Assembly (NCBI GenBank): GCA_964401355.1
Contig: CAYNYJ010000002.1
Location: 6,116 to 70,115, forward strand
From: an uncultured Ectothiorhodospiraceae bacterium
GTDB lineage: Bacteria > Pseudomonadota > Gammaproteobacteria > SZUA-152
Reading direction: 5' to 3'
DNA: 64,000 nucleotides
The notes under the pieces are model-generated. The model made no database searches. It saw only the letters and a list, made by a program, of their open reading frames with translations, and was not told the origin of the DNA. Made by a program: the position numbers and the translations under genes. This document shows positions 9,803 through 21,933 of the stretch, one piece after another; the first letter of the stretch is position 1, and every line of letters starts with the position of its first letter.

Positions 9803-10095
9803 CATCTTTTACATCAAGTGATCACAGTGGTCAATGCTGCCTTGGCTTTTTTGTATATTTTTCCAGTAGGTGCGTTATTTTCGAAACTACTGTCATTATA
9901 AATGATAGCGATAGTTTCAAATTGACAGCCGGTTTGGTGGTAGCGAATGTCAATATCTTCGCCAGGTTTCTGGGTTTTTCACGTTGCTGTTGCGGAACCT
10001 TGGAGGTCGGTTTTCGTATTGTGGCATACGTGCTGAAGGGACGTTTTTGAAGCGTTGTTTTTAGGGAGCCTCCGATCTATTCATGAACTCGTATC

Positions 10096-10260
10096 TTGCG
10101 TCTAAAATATCCAGCTTCATCGTTGCGCTTACTTTTATTGAGAATCTTCGCAATAGCTAGCTATTACGTGCGATTCGCGCTTCGCCTAAAAGCGCCTACT
10201 GTTGGCGAATCTGAACATTTTAGATCGCAATTAGTGTCAGTCCTACTGACATTTATGCAA
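10096..10260. repeat. Intergenic palindromic element containing the core GCAATAGCTAGCTATT, shared with the element at 42222-42392
   Basis: The same 16-17-nt palindromic core occurs at 10142-10158 and 42299-42316, each flanked by imperfect inverted repeats. Confidence 0.45.
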
Positions 10261-10298
10261 CGCTCTACTTCGTCCAGAATAAATCAGAGGTTCCTTAG

Positions 10299-11024
10299 TT
10301 ATTGAGATGCCTGCTTTTTAATAGCGATCACGCGGGGGTCATCGTGTTGCAGGCGTACGGTCTTTGAGGCCCCACTATTCCCTGTTAGATAAGGTGCGGC
10401 GGCAGCAGCCATTATCGGGATGACGCTGCGTAGGTCGTTGCTGGCACTGGTGCTGTTCATCAGGGTTTTCCAGAGAATGGTGGGTTGCTCTTTTTCAGTA
10501 CCATGGTGGTCGATTTTATAAGCTTCGAGCGCCGCGGAGCTGGTGTATAAAGTATAACTGCGGCTTTCTATTGCGGTGCCGAGGTACTGGGTTCGCAGGG
10601 GTACATATAAGGTGCCGCGTGTAGTCGTGGTGACGCCAGAAGAATCTGTTTGGGTTTCGGTGAAGGTGATGGTGTTGCCGCCGAAGGTTTCATAAATGGG
10701 ATGGGCGAAGGTATGAATACCTGAACGGCCATCGGAGACGGTATAACGGAAGAAAATCTCAATGTCTGCAAGTTCCCGTGAGGCGACGCGCTGGTATCCC
10801 TTTTGTGCTAGCAACGGGATGAAATAGGCGCTGAATTCACGGAAAAACAGGTCATTTTCCTGGCCTTCGGCGTTGCCATTGAGTAGCACATAACGAGAAG
10901 AAGCGGTGGTGATTTCCGTATCGGCGATGGCGCTGACCTGCACGATCAGGCGCGAGGCACAGCCAAATAAACTGAACATTAATCCGATGAGAGTCAGCGT
11001 GAGCAGTAAAGGTCGGGTGTTCAT
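10299..11024 (-). CDS. Lipoprotein of unknown function
   Basis: MNTRPLLLTLTLIGLMFSLFGCAS is a signal peptide with a LFGC lipobox. There is no recognisable catalytic motif. Confidence 0.5.
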   Translation of the reverse strand: MNTRPLLLTLTLIGLMFSLFGCASRLIVQVSAIADTEITTASSRYVLLNGNAEGQENDLFFREFSAYFIPLLAQKGYQRVASRELADIEIFFRYTVSDGRSGIHTFAHPIYETFGGNTITFTETQTDSSGVTTTTRGTLYVPLRTQYLGTAIESRSYTLYTSSAALEAYKIDHHGTEKEQPTILWKTLMNSTSASNDLRSVIPIMAAAAAPYLTGNSGASKTVRLQHDDPRVIAIKKQASQ

Positions 11025-11214
11025 GGCAATACGCCTTGCGTTCAAATGGATGTCTTTAGTATAAGCTGTGAGCCGCAATAGCCCAATTTCTATGTTGTAT
11101 TCTAAATATTAGAATTTGCTTATATTTGGAATGCTGCTATGCTTTCGATTCCCGTTTTTTGGCTCACGTCGCCAGCGACGGGTGTATCCGTATCCATTGA
11201 CCAGGAACAGCTTT

Positions 11215-12306
11215 ATGTTTGAAAACCATTTGATTTTTATGCGTCGCGATTGGCATCAAGCCATCCCAGGCTTGGCCTTGTTTATGGGGCTGGTGATTTC
11301 GGCCAGTGGTTTTGCTGAAGCATCATTGGCGGTTGCGGACGTTGAAAAACGGCTGTTACCAAAGGTGTATGTGGCCGACGCAGTGATCGAGGCGGTGCAT
11401 CAAGCGACCTTGGCAGCGGAGACCACTGGGCGTATCAAAAATATCTTTTTTGATGTGGATGACGTGGTGGTCAAGGGCGCCATGCTGCTGCGCTTCACTG
11501 ATAAGGAACAGCAGGCAGATCTGGCACGTGCCGAGGCTCGACTGAAAGAAACCGCTGCACGTTTGCAGCAGGCCGAGGCCGAGCATATTCGGATTCAGTC
11601 GGTGTTTGCGAAAAAGCTGGTGGCAAAATCGGCCGTGGATAATACCCGCGCGGACGTCAAGGCTGCGCGTCAGCGCGTCAAGGCGGCCGAGGCAGCGCAT
11701 AAAAAGGCCGCTGAGCAACTGGAATATACCGTGGTGCGGGCACCTTACGCCGGCATCGTGGTGAAACGTCACGTCAATGTCGGCGAACGGGTGCGCCCAG
11801 GCACGCCGCTGATGACGGGCTTTTCGCTGGCAAAGTTACGCGCTACGGCGAGTGTGCCGCAAACGCTGGTGGAAGCGGTGCGTCATTACAGTGAAGTGAG
11901 TATCGCGACGGGGGCAGCGGATATTGTTGTGGTGAGTAGCACGGACATTATCGTGTATCCCTACGCCGATGCCAAAACGCACGATTTTACCGTGCGCACG
12001 GAACTGGCTTCTGTGCCTACTGGCTTTTATCCCGGCATGTTCGTCAAGGCGCGATTTGTGGTTGGACAGATGTCGCGGTTGTTGGTGCCGGTGGCGGCGG
12101 TAGTACATCGCAGTGAAGTGACGGCCGTTTATGTGGTGGACAAACAGGGCCGCGTGGGATTTCGTGCGGTGCGTGTGGGGAGTGTCATTCAAGATTCCGT
12201 GGGTGATTTCATTGAAGTGCTGGCCGGGTTAAGGATGGGGGAGCAGGTAGCACTTGACCCCGTTAAAGCCGGTGTGGTGTTGAAGTCGCAGCGTGCCCCA
12301 AAATAA
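11215..12306 (+). CDS. Efflux RND transporter periplasmic adaptor (membrane fusion protein, HlyD family)
   Basis: N-terminal signal anchor, an Ala/Glu/Gln-rich coiled-coil region (ARAEARLKETAARLQQAEAEH) and C-terminal beta domains. It is immediately followed by the RND permease gene. Confidence 0.75.
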   Translation: MFENHLIFMRRDWHQAIPGLALFMGLVISASGFAEASLAVADVEKRLLPKVYVADAVIEAVHQATLAAETTGRIKNIFFDVDDVVVKGAMLLRFTDKEQQADLARAEARLKETAARLQQAEAEHIRIQSVFAKKLVAKSAVDNTRADVKAARQRVKAAEAAHKKAAEQLEYTVVRAPYAGIVVKRHVNVGERVRPGTPLMTGFSLAKLRATASVPQTLVEAVRHYSEVSIATGAADIVVVSSTDIIVYPYADAKTHDFTVRTELASVPTGFYPGMFVKARFVVGQMSRLLVPVAAVVHRSEVTAVYVVDKQGRVGFRAVRVGSVIQDSVGDFIEVLAGLRMGEQVALDPVKAGVVLKSQRAPK

Positions 12307-12307
12307 T

Positions 12308-15300
12308 ATGAATACAAAAATGGGTATCTCTGGGCGTATTGCCAAAACATTTTTAGAATCCGAAATCACGCCGCTGTTGGCGTTGATTGGTTTGTTGTTG
12401 GGTGTGTTTGCGGTGCTGGTGACGCCACGCGAAGAAGAGCCGCAGATTAATGTGACCTTCGCCAATGTGTTCGTTGCCTTTCCCGGTGCCAGTGCACAAG
12501 AAGTCGAGCAGTTGGTGAGCAGTCCTGCGGAACAAATTTTGTCGGAAATTTCCGGGGTGGAACACGTTTATTCGGTGTCGCGGCCAGGGCAATCGATGCT
12601 GACCGTGCAGTTTGAAGTGGGCGAAGACCGCACCCAGGCCATCGTGCGTCTTTATAACGCCATTTATTCTAACCAGGATTGGTTGCCCAAAAATCTGGGT
12701 GTGGGTCAACCCATAATTAAACCCAAAGGCATTGACGATGTGCCCATCGTGACGTTAACGCTGTGGGATAAAAATGAATCCATCGGTGCCTACGAACTGC
12801 AACAGGTGGCGCAGGCCATTGAAGTAGAGCTGAAGCGGGTACCGGGCACACGCGACATTTATACCATCGGTGGTGCCGACAAAGTCGTCAAGGTGATGCC
12901 GGATGCGGCCCGCCTGGCAGGTTATGGCATCGCGTTGAATGATTTGCGTCGCGCCTTGCAGCAGGCCAATCAATCGCTACAGGCTGGGCAGTTGGTGGTC
13001 GACAACACTGAAATTCCGGTGCAGGCCGGACAGTTCCTGGCTACTGCCGGTGAGGTGGCGGATTTGGTGGTGGGAGTGAATGCGGGTCGGCCGGTGCGAT
13101 TGTCCGATGTGGCCACGGTGCGTTACGGGGCCGACCAGCCGCACAGCTATGTCTGGTTAGGCGTGGGTGGCAGTGAATATCCAGCGGTGACTATTGCCAT
13201 TGCTAAAAAGGCTGGGGTGAATGCGGTGGATGTCGCCGATCAGGTTATCCAGCGTTTTGAACAATTGAAAGGCACGTTCATTCCCGACGGTATTCAGGCC
13301 ATGGTGACGCGTAACTACGGTGCCACGGCCGATGAAAAGGCCAAAAAGCTCATCGGAAAACTGGCTTTTGCCACTGCGTTTGTGGTGCTGTTGGTGTTGT
13401 TTGCGCTAGGCCTGCGTGAGGCCTTTATCGTCGGCACGGCGGTGGTGATTACCCTCGCGGCTACTTTGTTTGCCTCCTGGGCCTGGGGTTTTACCATTAA
13501 CCGGGTGTCGTTGTTTGCACTGATTTTCTCCATCGGCATTTTGGTGGATGATGCGATAGTGGTGGTGGAAAATATTCATCGCCACATGCGACTGGGGAAC
13601 AAAGATTTGCGTGAAGCGATTCCGCTGGCGGTGGATGAGGTGGGCAGCCCCACCATACTCGCCACCTTTGCGGTGATCGCCGCGTTATTGCCGATGGCCT
13701 TTGTGGGCGGACTAATGGGCCCGTACATGGGGCCGATTCCGATTAACGCGAGCATGGGCATGTTGATCTCCTTGGCGGTGGCTTTTGTGGTGACGCCGTG
13801 GATGGCCTACAAATTTTTGCGGCGTGAAGCCGAGGGCGACGTGCATTTTCCGGTCGCAGCCGACGCCGAGGATGGCAAATTGTTTGCCCTGTTTCAGCGT
13901 TACATGGGGCCGATGTTGCGCGGTGCCGAGGGTCGCGGACGTCGCTGGTCATTACTCGGTGCGATTCTGGCCTTGATTGCATTTTCGGTGGCCCTGCCGA
14001 TGGCCAAGATGGTAGTGCTAAAAATGCTGCCCTTCGACAATAAATCGGAATTTCAGGTGGTGGTAGACATGCCGGAAGGCAGTAGCGTCGAGCAGACCGC
14101 GCGCGTGTTGCGGGAGATTGGCGCGTATCTGTTGAGTGTGCCCGAGGTGGAAAATTATCAGGCCTATGCAGGCACTGCGGCGCCGATCAATTTTAACGGT
14201 TTGCTGCGCCAGTATTATTTGCGCAGTGCGGCGAATATGGGAGATGTACAGGTCAACCTGGTGCCCAAAGAGGCGCGCGATCGCAAGAGCCACGACATCG
14301 CCGCAGCGGTGCGCGGGCCGCTGGCTGAAATGGGGAAACGCTTCGGGGCTAGCGTTAAGGTGGTGGAAGTTCCGCCCGGCCCGCCAGTGCAGGCGCCGTT
14401 AGTCGCCGAAATTTACGGCATCGATTATGCCGGTCAGCGCGCCATCGCCAAACAGGTGCGTGCGGTGTTTGACGCCACGCCGGACGTGGTGGGCGTGGAT
14501 GACAGCGTCGAGTCGCAGGCACCGAGATTGTTGATCCAGGTTGATCGCACCAAAGCCGCGCTGTGGGGGGTGTCGCAGCAGACTATTGTGATGGCGATTG
14601 CCACGCTGTTGGGCGGTGAAGATGTCGGTTATCTGCACGGCGCACAGGTGAAATATCCGGTGCCGATTCGCATTGCCTTTCCGGTCGCGGATCAAGCGGT
14701 AATCGAATCAGTATTGGCGCTGAAATTGCGCGCAGACAGGGGTGAAAACAACGGTGCCCTGGTGTCCATGTCTGAGCTGGTGAGCGTGCAGCGCAGCACA
14801 CGTGAACAGGCGATTTATCACAAGGATTTGTTGCCGGTGGTGTATGTGACCGGCGATTTGGCGGGGAAGCTGGACAGTCCCCTGTACGGTATGTTTGATA
14901 TTGCCGCATGGCTTTCCACGCAGATTGAAACGCTGGAGCAGTATTTCTTCAGCCCCCCCGAAACTCCGTATCAATACAGCCTGAAATGGGACGGTGAATG
15001 GCAGATTACCTTTGAAACCTTCCGCGACATGGGCATTGCCTACGGCGTGGGCATCTTGCTGATCTATCTGTTAGTGGTCGCCCAGTTTCGTTCGTATTTG
15101 GTACCGCTGATTATTATGGCGCCGATCCCGCTCACCATCATTGGGGTGATGCCGGGCCATGCCCTGTTGGGCGAACAATATACGGCGACTTCGATGATCG
15201 GCATGATCGCCCTGGCGGGTATCATTGTGCGTAACTCCATATTGCTGGTCGATTTTGTGCAGCAGCAGGTGGCCGAGGGTGTGGCTCTGGAAACGGCGGT

Positions 15301-15538
15301 GCTGCGTGCCGGGTCGGTGCGTGCCAAACCCATCGTATTGACCGGGCTGGCCGCCATGCTCGGGGCGCTATTTATTATTGATGACCCGATTTTTAGCGGT
15401 TTGGCAATTTCGCTGATCTTCGGCATTCTGGTGTCCACGGTGCTGACGTTGGTGGTGATTCCGGTGATGTACTACGCCTTTCATTACAACCGACAGGACA
15501 AACAGTCTACTGCGAAGCAAGCCGAGTTTGTGTCTTAA
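12308..15538 (+). CDS. Efflux RND transporter permease subunit (AcrB/CzcA superfamily)
   Basis: The product is about 1076 aa with 12-TM architecture and large periplasmic loops. N-terminal IAKTFLESEITPLLALIGLLLGVFAVLVTP is a typical RND start. The start codon overlaps the adaptor stop. Confidence 0.85.
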   Translation: MNTKMGISGRIAKTFLESEITPLLALIGLLLGVFAVLVTPREEEPQINVTFANVFVAFPGASAQEVEQLVSSPAEQILSEISGVEHVYSVSRPGQSMLTVQFEVGEDRTQAIVRLYNAIYSNQDWLPKNLGVGQPIIKPKGIDDVPIVTLTLWDKNESIGAYELQQVAQAIEVELKRVPGTRDIYTIGGADKVVKVMPDAARLAGYGIALNDLRRALQQANQSLQAGQLVVDNTEIPVQAGQFLATAGEVADLVVGVNAGRPVRLSDVATVRYGADQPHSYVWLGVGGSEYPAVTIAIAKKAGVNAVDVADQVIQRFEQLKGTFIPDGIQAMVTRNYGATADEKAKKLIGKLAFATAFVVLLVLFALGLREAFIVGTAVVITLAATLFASWAWGFTINRVSLFALIFSIGILVDDAIVVVENIHRHMRLGNKDLREAIPLAVDEVGSPTILATFAVIAALLPMAFVGGLMGPYMGPIPINASMGMLISLAVAFVVTPWMAYKFLRREAEGDVHFPVAADAEDGKLFALFQRYMGPMLRGAEGRGRRWSLLGAILALIAFSVALPMAKMVVLKMLPFDNKSEFQVVVDMPEGSSVEQTARVLREIGAYLLSVPEVENYQAYAGTAAPINFNGLLRQYYLRSAANMGDVQVNLVPKEARDRKSHDIAAAVRGPLAEMGKRFGASVKVVEVPPGPPVQAPLVAEIYGIDYAGQRAIAKQVRAVFDATPDVVGVDDSVESQAPRLLIQVDRTKAALWGVSQQTIVMAIATLLGGEDVGYLHGAQVKYPVPIRIAFPVADQAVIESVLALKLRADRGENNGALVSMSELVSVQRSTREQAIYHKDLLPVVYVTGDLAGKLDSPLYGMFDIAAWLSTQIETLEQYFFSPPETPYQYSLKWDGEWQITFETFRDMGIAYGVGILLIYLLVVAQFRSYLVPLIIMAPIPLTIIGVMPGHALLGEQYTATSMIGMIALAGIIVRNSILLVDFVQQQVAEGVALETAVLRAGSVRAKPIVLTGLAAMLGALFIIDDPIFSGLAISLIFGILVSTVLTLVVIPVMYYAFHYNRQDKQSTAKQAEFVS

Positions 15539-15656
15539 GTTATCCCTCCACAGAGATATCGCGGTCGTTGATAAAAGATGTGAATATTTGTATTACTTCA
15601 ATTGATTGCTACTATCTGTAGCAATCTCACACGCAGTATGGAGTAATAAAACGACT

Positions 15657-16568
15657 ATGGCTGATCGCAGATTACAGGTATTTCACAGCGTCGCGCGCTT
15701 GTTGAGCTTTACCAAAGCCGCCGAATCGCTGCATATGACTCAACCTGCCGTCACCTTTCAAGTGCGTCAGCTGGAAGAGCATTTCAACACCCGCCTATTT
15801 GATCGCACCCACAACAAGATCAGCCTCACTGAGGCGGGGGAATGCGTGTATGCCCGTGCCGAGAAGATCTTCGAGATCTACGATGATTTGGAAAACAGTG
15901 TGCGCGCCCTCACCGGCGAGATCAGTGGGGTATTGATCCTGGGTGCCAGTACCACCATCGCCGAATACATGTTGCCGGCCCTGTTGGGCGATTTCAAAGA
16001 AAAGTACCCCGACGTCAACATTCGCCTCAAGGTGTCCAATACCGAAGGTATCGTCACCATGGTGGAAAATAATGTGATTGATCTGGGCGTGGTGGAGGCT
16101 CCAGTCACCAATAAAAATCTGGCTGTGGAAGCCTGTCGTACCGACCGTTTGGTCGCTATTACTCCGCCCGGCCATGACCTGGCGAAGGCCGGTAAAATTC
16201 CGGTGCGGGCCATCGCCGATTATCCTTTCATCTTGCGTGAAGAGGGTTCCGGTACTCGTGAAGTGATTGTCGATTATCTTAAAGAAGCCGGTGTCGATCC
16301 GGCCTCACTCAATGTGATTATGGAATTGGGTAGCCTGGAGGCGCTGAAGGGAGCGGTCGAGGCTGGCATCGGTATCAGCATTATTTCCCGGGCAACGTTG
16401 ATAAAGGAAATTAAACTGGGTTCTCTGGAAGTTATAGAGCTGGATCCACCCCTGGAGCGGCCGTTTTCTTTTGTCCACCAGAAACACAAATTCCGTCAAC
16501 GTGCCATGGATGAGTTACTGGAATTTGCGCGTAAATATTGTGAGACTCATCAAGGCATTGAAGAATAG
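15657..16568 (+). CDS. LysR-family transcriptional regulator
   Basis: N-terminal helix-turn-helix LQVFHSVARLLSFTKAAESLHMTQPAVTFQVRQLEE, followed by a LysR substrate-binding fold. Confidence 0.85.
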   Translation: MADRRLQVFHSVARLLSFTKAAESLHMTQPAVTFQVRQLEEHFNTRLFDRTHNKISLTEAGECVYARAEKIFEIYDDLENSVRALTGEISGVLILGASTTIAEYMLPALLGDFKEKYPDVNIRLKVSNTEGIVTMVENNVIDLGVVEAPVTNKNLAVEACRTDRLVAITPPGHDLAKAGKIPVRAIADYPFILREEGSGTREVIVDYLKEAGVDPASLNVIMELGSLEALKGAVEAGIGISIISRATLIKEIKLGSLEVIELDPPLERPFSFVHQKHKFRQRAMDELLEFARKYCETHQGIEE

Positions 16569-16642
16569 ACCTGCCACGGTTTTTATGAAAAAATCAGTGA
16601 GTCACTATTGGTGTGTATAATGGCTGCCTGCGATAACCACCA

Positions 16643-17038
16643 ATGAATTCCGCTGAAAAAAAGATTCTTGCAGTATTCAGAAAGCTGCCAACGGCCGAGC
16701 GTGAGACTTTACAGGCTTTTGCCGAATTTTTGACTGCGCGCCCCAATGAGCGAATACCAGAAATTATCCCTGAACCCCAGCTCATTCCTCGCGGGGAAAA
16801 AGAAAGTGTAGTGGCTGGCATCAAGCGACTTACGGCCAGTTACCCCATGTTAGATGATCCGCGGTTATTGAATGAAACCTCCGCCTTGATGACCCAGCAT
16901 GTGATGCAGGGCAAGGACCTCAACGAGGTGATTGACGAGCTGGAATTACTGTTTGCCCGGTTTTATCAGGAATTGCTTGATGAGCAGGTCGAGGTCGCTA
17001 CTGGGCAGGGGAAAGACCTCAATGGACAGGCCTCGTAA
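16643..17038 (+). CDS. Hypothetical protein (131 aa)
   Basis: ORF with no recognisable motifs. Confidence 0.4.
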   Translation: MNSAEKKILAVFRKLPTAERETLQAFAEFLTARPNERIPEIIPEPQLIPRGEKESVVAGIKRLTASYPMLDDPRLLNETSALMTQHVMQGKDLNEVIDELELLFARFYQELLDEQVEVATGQGKDLNGQAS

Positions 17039-17142
17039 AATTTTTGCAGGAGGGCGTGACCGGTTCCGGCAGAAAAAAATTTGATTTAAGGAAGGATTTG
17101 CCCTCTGATGATTGATATCACTTAAATATTCACTCCCCAGGC

Positions 17143-17170
17143 CTTGAATTTCTTATTTTCATCCTTATCA
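17143..17170 (+). promoter_or_regulatory. Sigma32-like heat-shock promoter (CTTGAAT-N14-CCTTATCA) upstream of groES
   Basis: Compared with the RpoH consensus CTTGAAA-N13-15-CCCCATNT. The -10 element is only a partial match. Confidence 0.35.
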
Positions 17171-17197
17171 TTAGCGCTCACCTACCGCGAGTGCTAA
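17171..17197. promoter_or_regulatory. CIRCE element (HrcA operator) TTAGCGCTC-N9-GAGTGCTAA
   Basis: Matches the CIRCE consensus TTAGCACTC-N9-GAGTGCTAA with one mismatch. It lies about 75 bp upstream of groES. Confidence 0.75.
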
Positions 17198-17271
17198 TCG
17201 CGATACTGTTCCCGACGCCAGAATGTGTCGCCTAAATTTAATAAAAACTATTTAATTCAAGGAGATAGTAA

Positions 17272-17562
17272 ATGAATATTCGTCCTTTGCATGATCGTGT
17301 TGTTGTCCGCCGTATGGAGGAGGAGACCACGAGTGCTGGCGGTATCGTAATTCCAGGTTCAGCTGCTGAAAAACCGGCCCAGGGTGAAGTCATTGCCGTG
17401 GGTAAAGGCAAGATTCTTGACAACGGCGATGTGCGTCCGTTGGACCTGAAAGTTGGCGATAAAGTGCTGTTCAGCAAATACGGTGGCACCGAAGTCAAAG
17501 TGAACGATGAAGAATTGCTGGTGATGCGCGAAGACGACATCACGGCAGTCATCGAAGACTAA
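17272..17562 (+). CDS. groES: Co-chaperonin GroES
   Basis: [14 protein letters not shown]...[13 protein letters not shown]...[31 protein letters not shown] is a canonical GroES sequence of 96 aa. Confidence 0.97.
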   Translation: MNIRPLHDRVVVRRMEEETTSAGGIVIPGSAAEKPAQGEVIAVGKGKILDNGDVRPLDLKVGDKVLFSKYGGTEVKVNDEELLVMREDDITAVIED

Positions 17563-17621
17563 GTCTATTCCTGACCTGTTTTGCTTAAACCATTCAGGTG
17601 CATATTCAACATATTCAATAA

Positions 17622-19289
<1,668 letters not shown>

Positions 19290-19342
19290 GCTGCGCTCCA
19301 TCTGAGCTTGATACTGTTGTTAACGGTGAATCGTTAGCAACC

Positions 19343-19383
19343 ATGAAAACCCCGTTGACGGTTTCGTCGGCGGGGTTTTTTTT
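19343..19383 (+). terminator. Rho-independent terminator of groESL
   Basis: AAAACCCCGTTGACGGTTTCGTCGGCGGGGTTTTTTTT forms a GC-rich stem followed by a T-run. Confidence 0.8.
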
Positions 19384-19494
19384 GTCCAGGGATGCCGCAT
19401 ATCCGCAGGCTGTGGGTGTTACAGAACACATGGCTGTGTAGGGGAAACGTTTGTTTTGCTAAGGCCGCTGGGCGCACTGTGGTAATCTCGCTCG

Positions 19495-21255
19495 ATGTCG
19501 GAACAATCCACTAAACCCAGTTGGACGGAGCTGCGCCAGCAGTACTGGCAGTTTGTGCAGTACGCATCGCCTGACAGGCGCTATTTTATGTTAGATATCG
19601 TCACTATCGTGATTTCTGTATTTACTAATACGGCGATGATCTGGTTGATGGGACAGCCGCTGAGCCTGATTCAGGCGGGAGAATATGAGGCCCTGATCGG
19701 CGTGTTGGGTTTGTTTCTCGGCGTCCTATTGGTTAATCAGGCTGCACAAATGGGCGGTGGCTGGTTAACTAACTGGTTGAATCTGCGCTTCATCGGGCGG
19801 GTACGAAATGCCATTATGTCGCGATTGTTAAGTTTGTCTTTTCCGGTAGCGGAGCAGTTGCCACGGGGCGATTTGCTGGCGCGCTTGAGTAATGATGTGG
19901 ATCGTATCAGTGCCATTCTGGTGGGGGCGCGTTTGATGCTGATCTCTCATTTACTGACCCTCACCTTGTATATCGGCATGTTGTTTTGGATCGATGTGCG
20001 TCTGGCGTTGATTGCGTTGGCGACGGTGCCTTTGTTTGTATTACATCAACGATTTTTTTCCGAGCGCAAGCGTCGTGCCACTGAGGGTTTTTTGAAAGCT
20101 AACGGGAAGTTGTTGGCCTTTGAAGAGCAGGGGCTGGCCAATCTGCGTGGCGTCAGTGCCAATGTTGCTGAGAGCCAAGTCACGGCCATGCACCAGAACG
20201 TGTTTGCCCGGACTTTCCGTTGGGCAGTGCGCGAAGGGGGGCTGGAGGTGGCCTTTGGGGTGAGTTTCACGGTGTTGATTTATGGGGTGGGGGTAATGAT
20301 TGCGCTGCTGGGTGTGGACGGCGTGCGCGATGGTTCGCTACCCGTGGGCTTGCTGGTGAGTTTCCTGCTGTACCTGGGGTATCTCACTGTGCCGGTGCGT
20401 GGCCTGGCGGAAATCACCTTTCAGTACGTCGGTAATGTACCCGCTACGCAGCGTATTCTGGAAATTATGAATGCCCAGCCTGCGGTGATGGACAACAGTG
20501 CGACAGCATTGGTCGTCAAAAAAGGGCGAATTGACATCGAAGCCCTGTCTTTTGCCTATCCCGGCGGAGAGAGCGTGTTGCACCACGCGCAATTGACGAT
20601 TCAGGGCGGCGAAACTGTGGCCTTGGTTGGGCCCAGTGGTTCGGGTAAATCCACCTTGGTCGCCTTGCTGCTGCGCTTTTATGATCCACAGCAGGGACGT
20701 ATTTTGGTGGATGAACAGGATTTACGCGATGTGAGCATTGCCTCGGTGCGTCAAAACATAGCAGTGGTGTGGCAGCAACCTTTTGTGCTCAACGATACGA
20801 TTCGTGCTCATCTGCGGATGGCCAAACCGGATGCCACCGAGCTGCAGATTATTGAAGCTTGTCAACGTAGCCATGCGTGGGAATTTATTGAGACCTTGCC
20901 GGCAGGGCTGGACTCCGTGCTGGGTGCCGGTGGTACGGAACTGTCTGGTGGCCAAAAACAGCGTCTGGCCATTGCTCAGGCTTTTTTGCGTGATGCGCCG
21001 ATCCTGATTCTGGATGAAGCTTCATCAGCGCTAGACAGCCAGTCTGAGCAGGTTATTGTGCAGGCGTTGGACGCATTACGTGCAGATCGCACGACATTAT
21101 TGATTGCGCATCGCCATTCGTCGATTCGCTCAGCGGATCGGGTGGTTTATTTTGAGGCTGACGGCACGCTCACCGTAGGCCGACACGATGAACTCATGGC
21201 GCAGCATCCGCAGTACCGCGAGGCTGTGCAATGGCAAACGACAGAACACGAGTGA
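19495..21255 (+). CDS. ABC transporter ATP-binding/permease fusion (MsbA-like exporter)
   Basis: An N-terminal 6-TM domain is followed by Walker A GPSGSGKST, the ABC signature LSGGQKQRLAIA and Walker B ILILDEA. Confidence 0.85.
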   Translation: MSEQSTKPSWTELRQQYWQFVQYASPDRRYFMLDIVTIVISVFTNTAMIWLMGQPLSLIQAGEYEALIGVLGLFLGVLLVNQAAQMGGGWLTNWLNLRFIGRVRNAIMSRLLSLSFPVAEQLPRGDLLARLSNDVDRISAILVGARLMLISHLLTLTLYIGMLFWIDVRLALIALATVPLFVLHQRFFSERKRRATEGFLKANGKLLAFEEQGLANLRGVSANVAESQVTAMHQNVFARTFRWAVREGGLEVAFGVSFTVLIYGVGVMIALLGVDGVRDGSLPVGLLVSFLLYLGYLTVPVRGLAEITFQYVGNVPATQRILEIMNAQPAVMDNSATALVVKKGRIDIEALSFAYPGGESVLHHAQLTIQGGETVALVGPSGSGKSTLVALLLRFYDPQQGRILVDEQDLRDVSIASVRQNIAVVWQQPFVLNDTIRAHLRMAKPDATELQIIEACQRSHAWEFIETLPAGLDSVLGAGGTELSGGQKQRLAIAQAFLRDAPILILDEASSALDSQSEQVIVQALDALRADRTTLLIAHRHSSIRSADRVVYFEADGTLTVGRHDELMAQHPQYREAVQWQTTEHE

Positions 21256-21664
21256 GCCGTTGCGGGAAACCGCAGTGATTGCCACTATCCATATTAAATG
21301 TTTGAGTTTTGCTGGTTAGCAGACGCTCCCCCCTCTTTACTATTTGCCCCTTCTTGCCCGGTGACGTCTATGGCAAGTGGTGGTTGCGACAGTTATCATT
21401 ATTGTATATAATTTAATCAGATTCAATGAGAAGGGTCGTAAGCAGTGTCGAAAATCTGACGCCTCGAATCGTGCACCCTAAGATCAAAATCGTACAGTTG
21501 ATGACGTATTGAACAACCGTGCAGGCGATGTGACCGCAGAATTTAATTTCTCTCTCAGTGAGGTTGACTGAAAATACTATCAGCAAGGGCGTTGGCCATG
21601 GGCTTATTCAGAGCCGTGGTGAGTGTGACTTTTTAATCCAGGTATTTTTGGTGCTGTGAGCGTC

Positions 21665-21781
21665 ATGCGCCGCTCGGTTATTAGCTCTTATGTCGACGGT
21701 ATCTCTGCGGGCTTTGCTGCGATAAATTTTTCTACCGGTGGCGTTGCCAACGGAGCTTCTGTCCTGGTCTGTGAAACGTAA
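21665..21781 (+). CDS. Candidate small peptide (38 aa: MRRSVISSYVDGISAGFAAINFSTGGVANGASVLVCET), a possible scaffold/precursor peptide for the downstream island
   Basis: ORF hand-translated from sequence. It lies about 180 bp upstream of the pqqD-like gene, has a Gly/Ala/Ser-rich C-terminal half ending in Cys-Glu-Thr, and only a weak ribosome-binding site. Confidence 0.2.
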   Translation: MRRSVISSYVDGISAGFAAINFSTGGVANGASVLVCET

Positions 21782-21882
21782 TGCCGTGTTTTTAAATGTT
21801 TGTATGTGTCGTGTCTGCGGTGCTCAACAGAGAAAAATCATATTGATATCCTCTTTTTTCAGCGAAAAATAGCGGGACAGTG

Positions 21883-21933
21883 ATGTTTAAATTCTTGCTG
21901 TCATATGGATGCCATATAAAAGTACAAAACTAA
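21883..21933 (+). CDS. Candidate micro-ORF (16 aa: MFKFLLSYGCHIKVQN) immediately upstream of the pqqD-like gene
   Basis: Hand-translated. It ends 30 nt before the PqqD-like start. By position it is analogous to pqqA in pqqA-D operons, but it lacks the PqqA E-x3-Y motif. Confidence 0.15.
   Translation: MFKFLLSYGCHIKVQN

Noticed and set aside
10096-10305. 69-aa plus-strand ORF in the lod-lipoprotein intergenic region
   Set aside because: It overlaps the palindromic repeat element, has no ribosome-binding site, and its composition is not gene-like
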